From NCBI RefSeq assembly GCF_009914755.1, contig NC_060948.1: 64,000 bases of DNA. One strand, 5' to 3'. The notes beneath the pieces are model-generated. The model had not been told where the DNA came from, ran no database searches, and saw only the letters and a list, made by a program, of their open reading frames with translations. Shown in pieces: positions 62,219-64,000 of the stretch. The stretch's first letter is position 1; each line of letters begins with the position of its first letter. The translations under genes and the position numbers were made by a program. Source of the DNA: the human T2T-CHM13v2.0 reference genome, Homo sapiens.

Positions 62219-62658
62219 GTACTGTAACTTTTTCTGGATTTGTGAAATAGATTTCTTAAATTGCTCATTCCAACTAACGTTCTGTCAGGGCTCCAATTTA
62301 TCTACATCCTCTCAAACACTTGTTATTTCCTGCTTTTGAAAATTTATTGCCCTTCCAGTGTGTGCGTATGAAATATGATATCTCATTTTGGATTTGAAAT
62401 GCATTTTCTGCACCCATTAACTCATCATGCACATGGACCCTAGAACTTAAAGTATAATAAAAAAAAAAGAAATGCGTCTTCTGAATCACTGAATATGAGT
62501 ATCTGTCCCATGTGCATCTTGGGCATTTGCCCATTTTATTTGGAGAAATATCCATTGAGATGTTTGGCCTTTTAATTTTGTTTAAGTTGTAAGTTAGTCA
62601 TATATCGGATACTAGAAGTTGAAAATTTAAAATTTGTTGCTTAAACTTATGCATACAG

Positions 62659-62769
62659 AAATCATCGAAGTTCCCGAGAAACTAGGGATTATGCTCCACC
62701 ATCTAGAGGCCATGCATACCGTGATTATGGTCATTCTCGTCGGGATGAAAGTTATTCTAGAGGATACAG
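62659..62769 (+). CDS. RBMY1: RBMY1 exon 8 (SRGY box 2)
   Basis: 111 nt, AG/GT intact; [37 protein letters not shown]. Confidence 0.96.
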
Positions 62770-63203
62770 GTACTGTAACTTTTTGTGGATTTGTCAAATA
62801 GATTTCTTAAATTGTTCATTCCAACTAACATTGTATCAGGGCTCCAATTTATCTACATCCTCTCCAACACTTGTTATTTCCTGCTTTTGAAAATTTATTG
62901 CCATTCATCTGTGTGTGAAATATGATATCCCATTTTGGATTTGAAATGCATTTTCTGCACCCATTAACTCATCATGCACATGGACCCTAGAACTTAAAGT
63001 ATAATAAAAAAAAGAAATGCATTTTCTGAATCACTGAATATGAGTATCTGTCCCATGTGCTTTTTGGGCGTTTGCCCATTTTATTTGGAGAAATATCTAT
63101 TTAGATGTTTGGCCTTTTAATTTTGTTTAAGTTGTAAGTTAGTCATATATCGGATACTACAAGTTGAAAATTTAAAATTTGTTGCTTAAACTTATGCATA
63201 CAG

Positions 63204-63314
63204 AAATCATCGAAGTTCCCGAGAAACTAGGGAGTATGCTCCACCATCTAGAGGCCATGGATACCGTGATTATGGTCATTCTCGTCGACATGAAAGTTAT
63301 TCTAGAGGATATAG
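63204..63314 (+). CDS. RBMY1: RBMY1 exon 9 (SRGY box 3)
   Basis: 111 nt, AG/GT intact; [37 protein letters not shown]. Confidence 0.96.
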
Positions 63315-63747
63315 GTACTGTAATTTTTCTGGATTTGTCAAATAGATTTCTTAAATTGTTCATTCCAACTAACATTGTATCAGGGCTCCAATTTATCTAC
63401 ATCCTCTCAAACACTTGTTATTTCCTGCTTTTGAAAATCTATTGCCATTCATCTGTGTGTGTGAAATATGATATCTCATTTTGGATTTGAAATGCATTTT
63501 CTGCACCCATTAACTCATCATGCACATGTATGCTAGAACTTAAAGTATAATAAAACAAAAAGAAATGCATTTTCTGAATCACTGAATATGAGTATCTGTC
63601 ACTTGTCCTTTTTGGGCATTTGCCTATTTTATTTGGAGAAATACCTATTTAGATGTTTGGCCTTTTAATTTAAAGTTGTAAGTTAGTCATGTATTCGATA
63701 CTAGAAGATGAAAATTTAAAATTTGTTGCTTAAACTTATGCACACAC

Positions 63748-63858
63748 AAATCATCCAAGTTCCCGAGAAACTAGGGATTATGCTCCACCATCTAGAGGCT
63801 AGGCATACTGAGACTATGGTCATTCTAGGCAGGATGAACATTCCTCTAGAGGATATAG
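63748..63858 (+). pseudogene. Dead SRGY pseudo-exon inside intron 9
   Basis: Acceptor AG>AC (63746-63747), donor GT>AT (63859-63860), in-frame TAG (63800) and TGA (63809). Confidence 0.93.
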
Positions 63859-64000
63859 ATACTGTAACTTTTTCTGGATTTATCAAATAGATTTCTTAAA
63901 TTGTTCATTCCAACTAACATTGTATCAGGGCTGCAATTTATCTACATCCTCTCAAACACTTGTTATTTCCTGCTTTTGTAAGTTTTTTGCCCTTCCAGTG

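Larger units (their letters stand above)
61725..64000 (+). repeat. ~545-551-bp tandem intron+SRGY-exon repeat array (4+ units, continues past the window end)
   Basis: Exon starts at 62108, 62659, 63204 and 63748; intronic parts highly similar. Confidence 0.96.

Overview
This is primate, almost certainly human, Y-chromosome ampliconic DNA. It is not prokaryotic, and nearly all ORFs in the track are spurious. The right end holds an intact RBMY1-family gene on the + strand: non-coding exon 1 and coding exons 2-9, running past the window end. Its variants T71/S116 suggest the RBMY1F/J type. Upstream and head-to-head lies a divergent, intron-containing TSPY-family pseudogene on the - strand, sharing a CpG-rich promoter zone. 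The middle holds an old head-to-tail tandem duplication with two decayed RBMY (RBMY2-like) pseudogenes on the - strand. The rest is L1, Alu, ERV/MaLR and MER1B repeats plus two ancient degenerate tandem arrays. I see no evidence for a wholly new biological system. The best observations are mechanistic or evolutionary: (i) a ~60-bp twin-primed L1 micro-insertion copied into every SRGY exon repeat, with the empty site preserved in a paralog; (ii) a dead extra SRGY exon; (iii) a 27-nt templated insertion at the duplication junction; (iv) Alu-patched exon deletions. All alignments were made by eye, and reference comparisons come from memory.
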